Shown here: one piece after another, positions 34,800 through 35,365 of the stretch
Position numbering within the stretch: position 1 is the stretch's first letter
How the letters are laid out: each line of letters starts with the position of its first letter
Program-made: the position numbers and the translations under genes
NCBI GenBank assembly: GCA_001179505.1
Contig: CDMY01000660.1
Location: 1 to 35,365 of the forward strand
From: Vitrella brassicaformis CCMP3155
Lineage: Eukaryota > Protista > Chromerida
Reading direction: 5' to 3'
Length of the DNA stretch: 35,365 nucleotides
The notes under the pieces: model-generated
Databases searched by the model: none
The model's input: only the letters and a program-made list of their open reading frames with translations
Told to the model about the DNA's origin: nothing

Positions 34800-35365
34800 A
34801 AGCTCGCAGGATTTTGTTCGCTTACATGCTGCGTGTTGCACGTCATGATGGGACAGACCGACAGAGGACTTGGCCGTCAGGCCGCCTATGGTGCTCCCTG
34901 AAACCGCTGCTGCTTTATTCGCTTACATGGTAATCAGGACTCAACCTCGCCAAGCAAACTCGCCTTTTCATCGCAAATCACCATCGAGAATGTTTCATCT
35001 CAGAACATGACAATCAAAATGCCTGTCTTTGGGAAACTGTCATTAACCGTTTGTCTCGTCTGTGTGTCCGTGATACTCATACAAATACAGTCCCATCAGC
35101 ACGCAGACTCAAACAGGCTCAAGGGGAGGAGGGATCAATCCCCGCCCCATCAGCACACCCCAGTCCCGCAAACCCTCCCCTCCCTCCCCCACGCAGACAG
35201 AAGCTAGTCGCACGCGCGAGGGCGATAGACAAGCGAGAGCGAATCCATCCAGACACATGACTGAACCCCCGACCCTTCCACCCCTCCTTCTCCAACAGCG
35301 CATGAGCCATGTGGGCGATGAACACGTTGGCATCGTGTCCCCACACACCGTCACACGTCACCACC

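Overview
Eukaryotic, GC-rich, intron-dense genomic scaffold. Introns are mostly about 60-200 nt and full of microsatellites, and four 300-N scaffold gaps are present. Intron style and gene families suggest the chromerid alveolate Vitrella brassicaformis or a relative (inference, no search run). Gene order: intronless ankyrin-repeat gene (-, runs off the left edge); F-box protein (+); second intronless ankyrin paralog (-, two apparent frameshifts); KLHDC4/Kel3-like kelch protein (+); large secreted beta-helix/mucin/Tyr-His-rich protein (+); SNF2-family ERCC6L/PICH-like ATPase (-); cytochrome b561 (-), whose third intron is interrupted by a probably misplaced contig; and an aldo/keto reductase (-) whose 3' part appears three times. 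The best leads are: (i) the secreted protein, with a bacterial-type architecture and three R-x-L-T-[FYW]-G motifs that could be processing sites, two of them leading Tyr/His/Lys-rich segments; (ii) many introns with (AC)n near the donor and (UG)n near the acceptor, which could base-pair across the intron; (iii) three GC-AG introns; (iv) a DEAS Walker B motif in the SNF2 ATPase. The AKR triplication is probably mostly assembly artefact but records two real sequence variants. No rRNA, tRNA, CRISPR array or recognisable transposase was found. All exon structures are manual predictions.
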